From Phoronis australis (taxonomy: Eukaryota; Animalia; Phoronida): a DNA stretch of 64,000 nucleotides. The stretch is from NCBI GenBank assembly GCA_002633005.1, contig NMRA01000041.1, positions 292,954 through 356,953 of the forward strand, written 5' to 3'. Of this stretch, positions 28,909 to 58,428 are shown piece after piece (within the stretch, counting starts at the first letter, position 1; each line of letters starts with the position of its first letter). Position numbers and translations under genes: made by a program. The notes beneath the pieces were generated by a model. It had not been told where the DNA came from, searched no databases, and saw only the letters and a program-made list of their open reading frames with translations.

Positions 28909-28961
28909 TACATCCGAAAATTTCAGTTGATCCGTTCTTGTTGTTTTATTTACCTATTTAT
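28755..28961. repeat. Palindrome with ~90-bp arms and a ~25-nt loop
   Basis: ...TAATAACGTCCTTTGTCAACAGAAACAGAAATAAAGTAAA / TTTACTTTATTTCTGTTTCTGTTGACAAAGGACGTTATTA...; the copy at ~25390-25542 has a truncated right arm. Confidence 0.9.
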
Positions 28962-31900
28962 ATTCTACATTTCGTGAAACAATAGTATCCTTGGGAGGAT
29001 ATGGATCGCCTTATTTAGTTTCAGATTTATTTTCTATGTTATGATACAATGACGAAATACGATGTGAACTCTTTCAACTCTCAATGTCAGCAATATGTGA
29101 TAAGCAGTCGATGTCCCACCAACCACATCCCTGACATATCAGCCACAGCTCGCTGTAAGGAAATCAGTAAATATCAATCAGCTTTTCTTTGGCTGGAAAC
29201 TCCCAGCTATGCGAAATTTATTTGCACGTTAGAACCAGTTGACTGCTGAATTGTTTCTACCGCAGTCATCTTTTAAGCGCGAGTGTTCACATCAACTTCA
29301 AAGTTATAGTTCAGCAAAGTTATCGCAAGGTGGCGCCAATATGACCTTGGTCTGTATATGTTTGCACGCCTCATTGTTTTTGTCCTTTCCATCAAAAATC
29401 CCCAGGACCTCCCCTCTTCCCACAGACACAAGGACGTCAAATTCAGAGGACGACCAACAGTTGCCACTTTGACATGAAGAAGATGCACAAGAAGATGACA
29501 ACATTTAACAGAAAATTGGAGTCTCATGGCTTGCAGCAGATTCTCGCAAAGGAAGGACGTTTGGCAGGAACTCGTTTTACAGACACAAAACATTCAGTGA
29601 TTTCTATTGTTTTTAAGGAAAGAATCCAGCTAACGAATGGACAAATAGAAACAGAATGCTTATAGAGTCAAAAATAAATATTGGAACAAAATGTTAATAA
29701 ATATTAACCAGTTACAGCCGGTGTTGACAAGTGACGCTTGCCAAAAACTCTGATGGCATCAAAGTTAAGCATTCTCGACGATTCGCTGTTAAATCCACCT
29801 CGTAACTTTGGAGTCAACTAGTATTGTTGATAAAAGACAGAACTTATTTGTTCCCACTGACCAAAGCTTCAGTAATACCGTGGGAAAGTCCATTAAGTAA
29901 TTGTTCACATTTTGGAAACCATTAAAACAAAAACAACCAAAATTTCTGAAAAACATGAGTAATTCTCTGTTTTCTGAGTAGTTCTCAATAGTATTTGGCA
30001 AGTAAAGTCACAAGCATACTTGTGAAAAATTGCTAAAAAATTTCAAGACATATACATTACACTCCATATTAAGTGCAATTTATTTTGATTCCTTATCATT
30101 ATACAACGAGATTATATTAACTAAAAATGCAATCTCTAAATAATATACCATTTACAAGGTATATACTCAGCACTGCTTATATTCGCAAAATAAGCAGATG
30201 AAAATAATCATTGTCACACCTCCTTTAATAGAAAAGTTTAAATACATTGACTTGACTATAGAGAACGTTGTTTCAATACAGGCGAGACTTAACTTCTATT
30301 TTTTAACATATTTTAAGTATTTAAAAGGACTTCCACAGCAACTCAAGAATAGTTATCAAGAGAATTAGACATTTATGCACACAAGAGTACATTATCCGCA
30401 TACTCTATATACATTTATAATTAGTATGTGATGTATCACATTCATCAAAAATGTAAAAACAGATAATTAAGTGAGATCTGGAGACATCTGTCATGTCCAG
30501 GACACATCGGCACAGGGGGCAGAACTTCTCAACTAAAAATTGTTGATAATGCGTTCATAGAATTTGATCACAAAAACTCACTTTGGCTTTTTCAAATGTT
30601 CTAGAGAAGTGGGGAAATTAGTCAGCATGGTCGATACGATATCACAATGACGTCTTGTTTTAGTAGGGGATGTCAGTTGTCACTGTTGCTAAAACAAAGA
30701 ATCACGACAACGCACATACCGGGTGCACAAGAACAGTCACTGACTCTTTGTGTTCTTGCAACTGAACAAGGAAGAAAACTACTCTATGCCAGATATCATT
30801 GCATATAATAGAGTCACATACCGGTAATACAACCCAGCATAGGCTTACATACAATATACAGTTCTATATACTACATGCATCATGAAGATGACTTGAGTAA
30901 AGTTTGGGATCGCCATTTTTAGTTCCCGGATATTTCCTGCGTAAGTACAGTTTATACGGTAAAGTTTGGACAAAAACAATAGCCAAAGTTACCCCTTTTT
31001 TCAAGGACCTGTACTCGTGAATGTCCGACATTTTCAAAACTTTGTCACATGGTAGCTGAGGTACAGAACTTGAACACAGGAAATCATTTTAACTTTGCTG
31101 CTACATACGTTTCATTATAGAAAAATGAAATGTTGCTTCTAGTGCCTAAATTGGTGAGATTTACCTTAAAAGTCTCTGCGTAAAATGAGGTCTGAGTAAA
31201 GTTTGCTGGTCAATACTGCACATTTTGATGACCTGTTCATTCAGTTGAGTCATGAGATATGTTACAAGAAAGAAGAGCGAAATCTATCAAAGTTTTTTTA
31301 CTGTGGATATCAACTGTAAACGAAAATATTTGTAAACCTGAATGTTCATAAATAACTACCCAGAAATCCATTTTAACCAGAAGGCTGCCATTTAAAAGAA
31401 ACTATATGAAACGTGTTAATAACGACAGTGTTAATAACGACAGTTTGGTAATAAATAACTACGCAAGATTATCGTTTCACCATATCGGAAGGATAAAAAC
31501 TGTTGGTAAATCTCCAAAACAGTCATTTCTTTCACTTTTCAAAGACTGATAACTTTGCTACGAATAGCGGAAACTTTGCCTTTGTTTGATGACAACAACG
31601 CAGAACAAACTGTACTTCAAGTACTAACATTCTTATTCTTTATTTTTGTGAAGAATTTTGACAAAACAGAATTTCACTTGTCAGACATGTTGTAAAAGAT
31701 TCTCAAAACTTGATACTCTCATGCCACACACCTGAGCACGGCCCAATGACACATGATGGTTTCGATGATTATTTAGTGTAGTGTGACTACTCTACTGTAG
31801 GTTACTCAGTAAAGAATTAATGGTCATTTGTAATTGTTTAGTCTATTCAACATGCACTTAATGGCTTCATGGGCAGAAGTAAAAATCTGGCAAAAACAAT

Positions 31901-33913
31901 TTAATCATGGCTTGAAATGACGGGCAGCTTCTTAATTCTCTGTCTGGTACTAGTAGGCAGACGCTAAAATAGATCGGTCATCAGTCAATCTGACAAATCG
32001 GATTTCCGTGCAAAAGTGCAAAAGCTCTTGGCGCCTTTATAAATATTCTATGCACACCGCGACACTGTTCAAACCAATCAGACTGAAGGCCACTAAATAG
32101 CCAAGGCGATGTACTGACGAGAAAAGCGCAATGTAGTCCAATTTATACAAGAATTCTGGTCATGCAGTTTTACTGTAGAATGTACCAACCTCAAGTTTAG
32201 ACAGGCATTCATGAAACTGAGAGAAAAAATAGAAAGATAAGAATGTGACTCTAACAAAAACACTTCAGTAACAGAGACTGTCTGCTTCATGGGAAGACAG
32301 GATTTTGCAACCAAGACATTCTGCTCTGTGACTTTTGGACCTCCCCAACGATGATATCACCAACATTAAAGTCACAACCTTTTCTGACTCTAGCATTTTG
32401 CATACTGTTGGAACAAATACTCCCGCAGTCAAAGTTTTTTCAGAACAGTCCTTCGTTGTATCAACGAGCTTGTGATTTGAGCCATTTCAGTTGTCATTGC
32501 ATCACTGCACATGTCTATGGCAAGTGGCTTTTTAAATTACATTGAGGTCAACCTTCATGACCTCGGAAGTAAATCAAACACTAACGCACTATAACAATGA
32601 TCCGCCTTAGACAGTTTTATATTGTACAAAACTTGGCCGCCATGGTCACTAATCTTGTGTCTGGACAAAATGGCATCTGTCAACGGTTTACTTGATATAC
32701 CAAGAGAAGTATTAAAAAGAAATGTTACCAAAGTATGTGTTGGAAGGGTTTAAAGCAGCCTCCAAAAGGTGTCCTTCTATTATGGAAATATACTAATACT
32801 TATAGCAAAGTGAACTTGAAGACTCATTTAAGCTTATATTTTTAAAAACAATCCCAAAACAACATCCAATAAAATTGTTTTGTGCAAAAAGTTTTAATTA
32901 ATGCGCATCTTCAGTTCTTCAGAAGCACTTTGTAAGCACAACTCGCCAAATCCTCGAGGACCAGCTTGTTGAATGTCTTCAGAAGTAGTCGCGGTCATCT
33001 TTTGATGACGATGGTTCTGCAGCAGGCATTGGCAAATGGTATATCAAACCATGCATACAACGAACGATTGATTATTGTTCAGGTGGGATCTTGCAGGTAC
33101 TTCCACGAGAGCTAAGGAATGTTGAAACATGACAGGCCAAAACTGGCGTGGTCCACCCTCATTCAATCATAGAAAGTTGAAGTGAAATTGGTTGTCTTGT
33201 GCATTGGATTAGAGACAAACTTTGTGGCGTACATAAAGCTAAAGCAAACTAACACTATTTAAATTAAAATATTTCACAAATACAATTTCTAGGTTACATA
33301 AACTATGTTCAGTTTAATCAAGTCTTATATGTAAGGTTTTAATTTCCACTGTTTTTTTGAACATGTAGTTTTCGTGAACTTATGCTTTGACACGACGAAA
33401 TGAATCATGTGCATGGCAAAGCAGCGCCACCTATTCCTTACTAGTAAGCACATTCACAATCATCTTCAAGTATGACATATCATCAGCACAGAAAACGTTG
33501 ACATAACTTCAGTGCACATCAAAGAATTTATTTCAAGGTAAACAAGAAATTTTTATAACGTTCGATAAATTGGTCGCGCTCGATGGTTTCCCTGTACAGC
33601 CAAATAGCTACCACCGTATGGAGCATCTATCTTTGGGATGGCCACCGTCTGAGCCAGCTTTACTGTAACAATTCAGACGGTAGTACTGTCGACAGTCCAG
33701 CAGGTCCAGGCCGTGGGCCAAAGGCAAAGCAAAGGCCAACTCAAGCAAATCCGCGACCAGCTGATCAGCCCACTATACATCAAATGCACAAAAATACACC
33801 GAAATTGACAGTCTTTCAATCTAATAAATCAATCCAATCAGTGGAGAGTTCAGACGTCCAGACTCACAAAAGACAGTGGCACACTTCACGCACAGGAATC
33901 AACAACAACTCAC

Positions 33914-33956
33914 CTTTCAAAACAAGGAGATGCTCCTTATCCTTGGAGGCATCCAT
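33914..33956 (-). CDS. TRAPPC13: First coding exon of trafficking protein particle complex subunit 13
   Basis: The - strand reads GCGGCAAAG ATG: MDASKDKEHLLVLK+G|GTGAGT, resembling the human N-terminus MEVNPPKQEHLLALK-V with a phase-1 donor. Its head-to-head position relative to TRIM23 matches the human locus. Only 14 codons are visible. Confidence 0.75.
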
Positions 33957-34202
33957 CTTTGCCGCATAAAAACAACCTCAGCACTAGACCACATAGAGTT
34001 ACATGAAATTAAATAATCTGCTTTATTTTTTATTTTATTTTGACATTTATAATCATTTTTATTTTACTAGTTAGATGAAGTTGTGAAAATACGCTGGTTT
34101 TGCGTTTTTACTACAGACTATTGCGCTTAATTTCAACTTTGAAAATATGTTGTGGGGTGGATAAATTTAGGTGCGCTACCTAGCGAGAGTTGAAGTGCCG
34201 TT
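33957..34202. promoter_or_regulatory. Putative bidirectional promoter between TRAPPC13 and TRIM23
   Basis: Only 246 bp separate the two divergent ATGs (33956 on -, 34203 on +), with an AT-rich core at ~34010-34070. Confidence 0.65.
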
Positions 34203-51388
<17,186 letters not shown>

Positions 51389-52381
51389 AGACAGCCTGTC
51401 AATAATAGAAGAATTGTTGATAAGTTTATAGTTTAATTTATTCTGTTATGGCTACAATAGCTTTTGGTGCTTTTGTGCTTAATTTGTATTTATGTTCCAA
51501 GAAGTGTACTGTATATGACGTATATTAGTTAACCTTTGGACAGGAAGTAATTTATGGAAATGTCTGTGTAATCCTGGCCGATTTTAATATGCACCCGCAT
51601 GTACTTAAATGCGAGTAAATCTTATTAGTTTATGGTAAAATAACTGTGATGCAAAGAACTCCCTGTATTTTCTCCATCACGCTTTGCTTTTGTGACATCA
51701 GTGCACTTTGATTGACATTGATTCCATACTAATTACGATCATGAGTCACTTAGGTTCTGGGGCCTGTTGCCAGAAGGAGCAAGGGGCTCTTGTTTTTAAA
51801 TTAAAGCCAAGAGCTCATAGGCCCACATGCATGCAGTGTGCTTACAATGGTTTACTGCTATGAATATCAGTCTGGAGTAAAACATCTGTTCAGGGACCTT
51901 AAGCCAGGTACAAGGTCCCTGAATGAGAGAACTTGAGTTCATAGTTGCCTTTGACACAATGAATAGTTAGTTTTGTGAGCAGTATAAAAATACTTTTATC
52001 TTTATACTGGTCGCATGAAAGTTGTGTTGATGTACTGGTGGTGTTAAGTGATTGAAAGTTCACAAGGAGGAATACAGTTGATGTATGAATGAGAGAGTGT
52101 TCGTGTGGTATTGAGTCGCCAGACACAGACTGTAAAGTCATTAACATTGTTCTTTAATTTCAATCAGGCTTCATATTAACCAAAAACTGCTTAATCAGCA
52201 CTAGATTTTTTTTTTGTTTCTATCAGATGCATTTAAGCTCAGTCCTGTTTTTAACTAATTCCTTAAAACTTTGTTCCTGTGAGGGTTCTCCGTAAACTGT
52301 ACAGATTCTGCAATCGCTTGACCCTATGTGTCCTGGACTCTGGTGTTAAAGCTTATTTTAAATCTAGGAATAAGAGGATTA

Positions 52382-54011
52382 TAATAGATAGATCTGCACT
52401 GTCATGGTGCATAATACGGTCTCAGTGAGTTCTGGTGCTTGGAAAGGAATTTGCTGGCAACTGAGCACGAGCCTTTCTCTTGGAGGTTTCTCAAGTCAAT
52501 CGTAGGTTCTGCCTGTCTTCTGGAAGAACATATAAAATGTAGAATGTCCTCTGGAGGTCTCTAGTAAGAGTAGCATGTCCACTCTGGAACTTCGAGGGGA
52601 GTTAATTCATATGCTGGAGGAGGATGCGACCTAAGTCCAAACAGTCATTGAGTGAGGTTTCCCTGGCTGCTTCACCAAGGAGTTGAAAACAATGCATGCT
52701 TTCAGGGCGCCAGCGTCATATGAGAGAAAGAAACCATCTGAATCACTGTCAATTGGGCCACACACAAGGGCAGCAAACTTGTCTGAAAAAAATGGCTAGA
52801 TTAACTTGTGTTTCGTTAATTACACCAAAGTCCAGAATATCTGGGTGGACTTGGCCTAAGCAAAATAACATACCTGTTCCTAGTACAAACTTTTCCTTAA
52901 ACACACAAGACCATTTCAAAACACATTATACCTTGTTGCAATATCTATGGTTCATAACCCAGGGCTGTGGGACGACTTGTCCACTTCATGGTCTACTTCA
53001 TGTTGTGATGTCCGGTTGGTTTGTCACAGTTGCAGAAAGCTCAGTTGGTGGTGCTGCTGCATTCCCTTTGGATGTGAGCAATGGTAGCATTTTCACTGGC
53101 GTGCATTTCTGCCACAGTAAATAGGTGCCTTTGGAGGTGTAACCTCAGATTGTATTATGTAACAGATACTGGNNNNNNNNNNNNNNNNNNNNNNNNNNNN
53201 NNNNNNNNNNNNNNNNNNNNTAATAGATAGATCTGCACTGTCATGGTGCATAATACGGTCTCAGTGAGTTCTGGTGCTTGGAAAGGAATTAGCTGGCAAC
53301 TGAGCACGAGCCTTTCTCTTGGAGGTTTCTCAAGTCAATCGTAGGTTCTGCCTGTCTTCTGGAAGAGCATATAAAATGTAGAATGTCCTCTGGAGGTCTC
53401 TAGTAAGAGTAGCATGTCCACTCTGGAACTTCGAGGGGAGTTAATTCATATGCTGGAGGAGGATGCGACCTAAGTCCAAACAGTCATTGAGTGAGGTTTC
53501 CCTGGCTGCTTCACCAAAGAGTTGAAAACAATGCATGCTTTCAGGGCGCCAGCGTCATATGAGAGAAAGAAACCATCTGAATCACTGTCAACTGGGCCAC
53601 ACACAACGGCAGCAAACTTGTCTGAAAAAAATGGCTAGATTAACTTGTGTTTCGTTAATTACACCAAAGTCCAGAATATCTGGGTGGACTTGGCCTAAGC
53701 AAAATAACATACCTGTTCCTAGTACAAACTATTCCTTAAACACACAACACCATTTCAAAACACATTATACCTTGTTGCAATATCTATGGTTCATAACCCA
53801 GGGCTGTGGGACGACTTGTCCACTTCATGGTCTACTTCATGTTGTGATGTCCGGTTGGTTTGTCACAGTTGCAGAAAGCTCAGTTGGTGGTGCTGCTGCA
53901 TTCCCTTTGGATGTGAGCAATGGTAGCATTTTCACTGGCGTGCATTTCTGCCACAGTAAATAGGTGCCTTTGGAGGTGTAACCTCAGATTGTATTATGTA
54001 ACAGATACTGG
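52382..54011 (+). repeat. ~790-bp near-identical direct duplication (52382-53172 and 53221-54011) around a 48-N gap
   Basis: The copies differ by a handful of substitutions and abut the gap; likely an assembly overlap. Confidence 0.9.
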
Positions 54012-54060
54012 TGTAAAACTCAGACAGACTAAACAACAGATTGGAAAATGGCTGGGAGCT

Positions 54061-54625
54061 CAGAGCCACAGGCGTCCTTAGCTTCTGATGGTCCCCAATA
54101 CACTAAGTAATACTACAAGGCCTCGGGTGCTCAACTTCAGCCGTCCATATCAAACACAAAACTCAATAAATTTACACAAAACAGGATTTCAATAAACCAC
54201 TAGTAATTGTTCTTTCTTCTAATACCATTCGCGTTGTCCTGCTCCAACGAGATCACAACAAATTCACGGTCAAAGCACAAAAATGTTCCCAAAAAGCCCT
54301 CGCATCAGTCCTCCTTTGATGGTTCGAGGTCCTTGAATTGTCAAAGGAGGACTGATGCGTGAATTTTTTTGGGAACATTTTTGTGCTTTGACCGTGAATT
54401 TGTTGCGATCTCGCTGGAGTAGGACACCGTGAATGGTATTAGAAGAAAGAACAATTACTAGTGGTTTGTTGAAACCCTGTTTTGTGAAAATTTATTGTGT
54501 TCTGCGTTTGATATGGACGGCTGAAGTGATCGAAGCATCCATGGAATTCTTTGTCCCGAGTGTTGTACCTTGTAGTATTATATATGTGTAGGGAACGACC
54601 AGAAGCTGAGGACGTATGTGCTCAG
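54061..54625. repeat. Large foldback palindrome (~270-bp arms) centred near 54330
   Basis: For example ACCACTAGTAATTGTTCTTTCTTCTAATACCATTC (~54196) pairs with GAATGGTATTAGAAGAAAGAACAATTACTAGTGGT (54431), and CGCATCAGTCCTCCTTTGA pairs with TCAAAGGAGGACTGATGCG. Confidence 0.92.
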
Positions 54626-54871
54626 AGCAATCACATTTGCACTGCGGTTCTGCCATGTTGGATTTCTGAGAAGTAAGCGAGCTGCTGAAGTTGGCTTTAT
54701 TAGTAATTACTTTCTGTCCAATGACATATACTTCTTGGTGTGCAGGTTATTCAACGTTGCTGGTTGTAGTTTCTATTGTAACTAGTTTTATTCCAGTATT
54801 TTGCAAAATTTGTGATCTAAATTGGCCAGTCTCTGGATCGATGCTAGCATCGTGTTTTGTTCCATTGTTTC

Positions 54872-55522
54872 TGTGGTATATCAATGCATGTTGCAGCCGA
54901 TGAGTGGCAACAGTGACACTGGTTTCCCGTAGCTACCGCACACGGTAACACAAAACAAGCCACAACAGAACTAACCCTCCAGAACAATCACTAGCCGGTT
55001 CAAATTGACTTAACAGGCTGAGACTAACGCCCGTGATAAATGTCTGTACCTCAGTTGTCCTTTTCTCCTTAACTTTTTGGTCACAGAAGTTGCTCGTCTG
55101 GTCCCGGCTTCATCCCAGTAGTCTGAAGTTGTCTTACAGCTCTGGAGTCGTGCCCCGTAGTCTGAAGTTGTGATCTATGGTGGATCCAGTCTGCCCTGGT
55201 CTCGAGAGCCAGTACTTTAAATACTAAACTTTAGTGGCAGCACGCGATGGACCCACTCTGTATGTACATGTCCATCTCTCTATGACGAGCTAAATATGAC
55301 GAGCTTACTGACCACGCGATGGACCCACTCTGCACGTACATATATGTCCATCTCCCTATAACTCAAAATTCTTGCATAACTGCCACTATTCCTGACATTG
55401 CATAACTGCCACTATTCTTGGGTTTTCAACATCAGAGCACTATTCCTGGATTTAACTACTACAGAGGTAGCATATCCCCTGAAATTTCGTGCACATGGAG
55501 GGCATAGCCTTATTATATTACA
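54872..55522 (-). repeat. LTR 1 (3' LTR of the tandem), 651 bp
   Basis: The - strand starts TGTAATAT right after the PPT and ends ATACCACA (TG...CA, imperfect terminal IR). It has internal duplications in the U3-like half (CACGCGATGGACCCACTCTG x2, TTGCATAACTGCCACTATT x2) and is homologous to 58429-58888. Confidence 0.88.
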
Positions 55523-55534
55523 CTCCCCCCTTCT
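55523..55534 (-). other. Polypurine tract of element A
   Basis: AGAAGGGGGGAG immediately 5' of the LTR TG on the - strand. Confidence 0.85.
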
Positions 55535-55896
55535 GTTAAACCAAAAATGAATATTTGGGCAACTGTGCAATTCCCTGACAGTACAAAGTTTCTGCAGGCG
55601 ATCATTATACAATTGTACGAGATATAAAGTGTAAAAAGTAATAAAACAAAAGAAGTCGTCAGTCTCCAAATAATCATTAAACAAGTTAAAAAACCAAATT
55701 TCACAACCACTCTAAACTAATGCAATTAAACGAATATAATGAAATCACACATATATACTTAATAAACCCGTATCAATCCAACATTACGCTACCAAACCAT
55801 ACCTCAACTCAATAAATCATCGCAAAGCATAATTATGCGACACTCCACCCCAAATCAAACTAACTAAGAATATAACATATTACTACCGACACCTGC

Positions 55897-56297
55897 CTAC
55901 AGCTGCAGCGGGTGAGTATACGGCGTGTGGAAGAAATTGGCCGCCAGCAGACTCTCGGGGATATCCGCTACAGCCACGGGCATGTGCCTGGTCGTCCGCC
56001 CCCCTATCTCCACCTCCAACATGTAAACATCGATGAGGTCAACCTGACGGCTCCGCCGGTCATAGAGGACCCGTGCATAGGTTATGTCCGCCTCACGTGG
56101 AAAGCCCCACGACTGATTGTCGAACGGAAGTCCCTCCAGTTCCCGCATCATGCCTTCCAGGACCTTGGCGAAGTCCTCCACAGACAAGATTGTGACGTCA
56201 GCACTTGGGTCTACCCTAAAACAATCCATTGTCCCTCCACCGATGCGTCCAGGTGTACGGCCGGTAGGGTCTTGTAGGTTCGTCCGGCGTCTTCCAT
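55897..56297 (-). pseudogene. Accessory ORFX variant A, retropepsin-like, with one frameshift
   Basis: MEDAGRTYKTLPAVHLDASVEGQWIV/FRVDPSADVTILS...VAVADIPESLLAANFF. Adding one base in the A4 run at 56218-56221 restores a gap-free alignment to 59572-59982. Confidence 0.75.
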
Positions 56298-56457
56298 CTT
56301 GTATTTCCTATAATAGTTCCATATGTCTTATACATCTATATATATATATATCGTATGATGACTCTGAATGTTAATAAGTACTACCTTTATTGTGAACCAC
56401 CCATGTATTGTAGTCTCTAGTGCGAGGGTTGGTAGTACTACTACTGATTGTCAGAAT

Positions 56458-57083
56458 TCACACTGAGGCCTCCTCATGGCCCTCAGCAGTGTTTGGATGC
56501 AAGACAGGATACATACGCCGAACGAACTGCTTCATTTCGATTGGTCGGCCATTCCACTGGGCCGATATGGTCGGGTGGTCGTCAGCACTGGGTTTCTCCC
56601 CAGCCGGCGACGTCTGTCGGACAACTCTCTGTGTGCTCATAAGTGCCAACTCGGGCGGTGCATTGGCAACCGGGCACTTATCACTGGTTAACACAGGCTG
56701 ATACTGTTTAAGCATGGCACGTGCAATTTGTCTACGTCTTAAGAAAACAATCAACCCCAAAATCTAGAGCGATGCTGCTATTCCCAGAGCGATATATAAC
56801 CAAAATTCGTTATTGGCGGTCCATGGTCTCGGGATTTCAAGTTCACGTAAATCAGTGACTAAATTGTCTAGGGGAATTTCGGGTAAGTGAGCAAGGTGAG
56901 GCGGTATTTTTACCTCCACGTGTTTGGGAAAAGCTACTACATAGGGAGAACACATCGCAAAAGATTCCTCCTGAATTCTCAAAACTCGAGCGAAACTATC
57001 GGGATGCTCATGTCTAGATTCTCTGTGAAAAGTTCCTAGAAGAGTCATAGTTGGGTGTGTGGCCTGTCACCCGTAATCAACAT
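56458..57083 (-). pseudogene. 3' remnant of env (TM and cytoplasmic tail) with an in-frame stop
   Basis: 84/94 aa identical by hand count to the matching part of the 60139-62238 env. A TAG at 56764 falls inside the TM helix. Confidence 0.9.
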
Positions 57084-57353
57084 TCTTTGATTCACATCTG
57101 GGATCACTACAAATTCATGTTTGAGAATATTGTTTCCAATTTTTAAGTTCAACAGGACACAAGCGAGGACATTCAAACGTTGATTATTTGCTGTCTGAAC
57201 TACAGGTTTTCGATTGACTATTTCTACTAAGCCTTTTCGCTGAAGCTCCTCAAATGTAACCTCCGATATAACGGATATTGCAGCACCCGAGTCAATTAAT
57301 GCCCTGGCTCGTGTCTGTCCCACCTGTACTTGAATAATATCCTCGCTTCCCAA
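57084..57353 (-). pseudogene. Retrotransposon aspartic protease, truncated by the deletion
   Basis: ALIDSGAAISVIS catalytic motif and VQTANNQRL flap. Out of frame with the upstream gag reading at an A6 run near 57352-57357. Confidence 0.88.
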
Positions 57354-58322
57354 AAAACAACGTTACAACATCATCCTGGCCACCCGCGGAAGCTCTCGAG
57401 TCAGTGCACGTTAGGTTCCCTTGGGGTTCGGCATCGTTTGGCGTGGTATCAGCGGGGCTTGGGTTGCTGGTGTAGTTAACTAGATTTTGATTTGCTCGGG
57501 CAGCATAAAACCTTTTAAAACTGAAACAATCATGTTTCATGTGACCAGGTTTTTTGCAAAAGAAACATCTGATCGGTTCCTTTTCTAGGGCGTTGACGGT
57601 TCTGGGCCGTGCCCAACAGTCCCTTGTTATATGATTTGTTCTGTTGCAAATTCTGCATCTTTGAGGAGGGGCCATTTTGTCAACGTCCATGGGGCTGATT
57701 TCCCTGTTATCGCCTGGTTTTAAATTCATTCGTGTCCATAGATGTATTTCTTGGACGGCAACTTTAAGGGCATCTCTGAAAGTTGTTGGACCTGAACGTA
57801 GGACGTGCTCTCTTATGGTCACGTCCCGGAGCCCATCCACAAAAAAAACAATTAATTGTTCTTGTAGAACGTCCAATGCCGCGCGCTGCCGACAACAGTC
57901 ACTCGCTATACATTTGCACGCTTTCGTTTGGTCGTTGTGTAATTGATTTCAATTGACCAAATGCCAAACTTTTGTCAGTGAAGGGAGCAAAACGTAACTT
58001 CTGCTTTAAACTGATCATACGTGCATTGTGGGTGGTCTGCCATATAACATTTAATGAATGCCGAAACCTCACTCCCCGATCTTTGATATGCAATTAGGAT
58101 TTGTTTCCTGGGATCCATATTGGGAAAAATTACGGGTATCTTTTCTATCTCGCTCACCCAGGCTCGAAACCCATGAACATCTCCTGAGAAAACGGGGATA
58201 TTTGATGCCAATGACGTTTCGCTCATGGAATTCATAGCATCAATAACATCTCTGGTGAAATTACCAGCAAGTCCCGTTAAAAATTCGGCTAAATCTACAA
58301 TAGCTTGTTGCTGATGTGCCGT
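57292..58322 (-). pseudogene. gag with two CCHC zinc knuckles, disrupted
   Basis: IPVFSGD, ITQRPNESVQMYSE (major homology region-like), FFVDGL, CRICNRTNHITRDC and CFFCKKPGHMKHDC. Frameshifts, an internal TGA, and a probable start codon mutated to ACG at 58320-58322. Confidence 0.88.
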
Positions 58323-58428
58323 ACTGCTCAGTGATCAGATTATGCTAACTACTAAACTTCTTAGATATCTCGTCTCGTTCACGATAAAGTCAGTCTCAAA
58401 ACGCAAACAACGGGTAGAATCCGGCCGC

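Noticed and set aside
29000-33913. SHLD3 ortholog in TRAPPC13 intron 1, as in human
   Set aside because: No - strand ORF of suitable size or with SHLD3-like motifs. The acceptor-like site near 32217 leads only to short ORFs.
52382-54011. Duplicated 142-aa ORFs as tandem genes
   Set aside because: The peptide has no recognisable features, and the near-identical copies abut a gap, so an assembly overlap is more likely. Splice-like sites on the - strand do not give an open frame.
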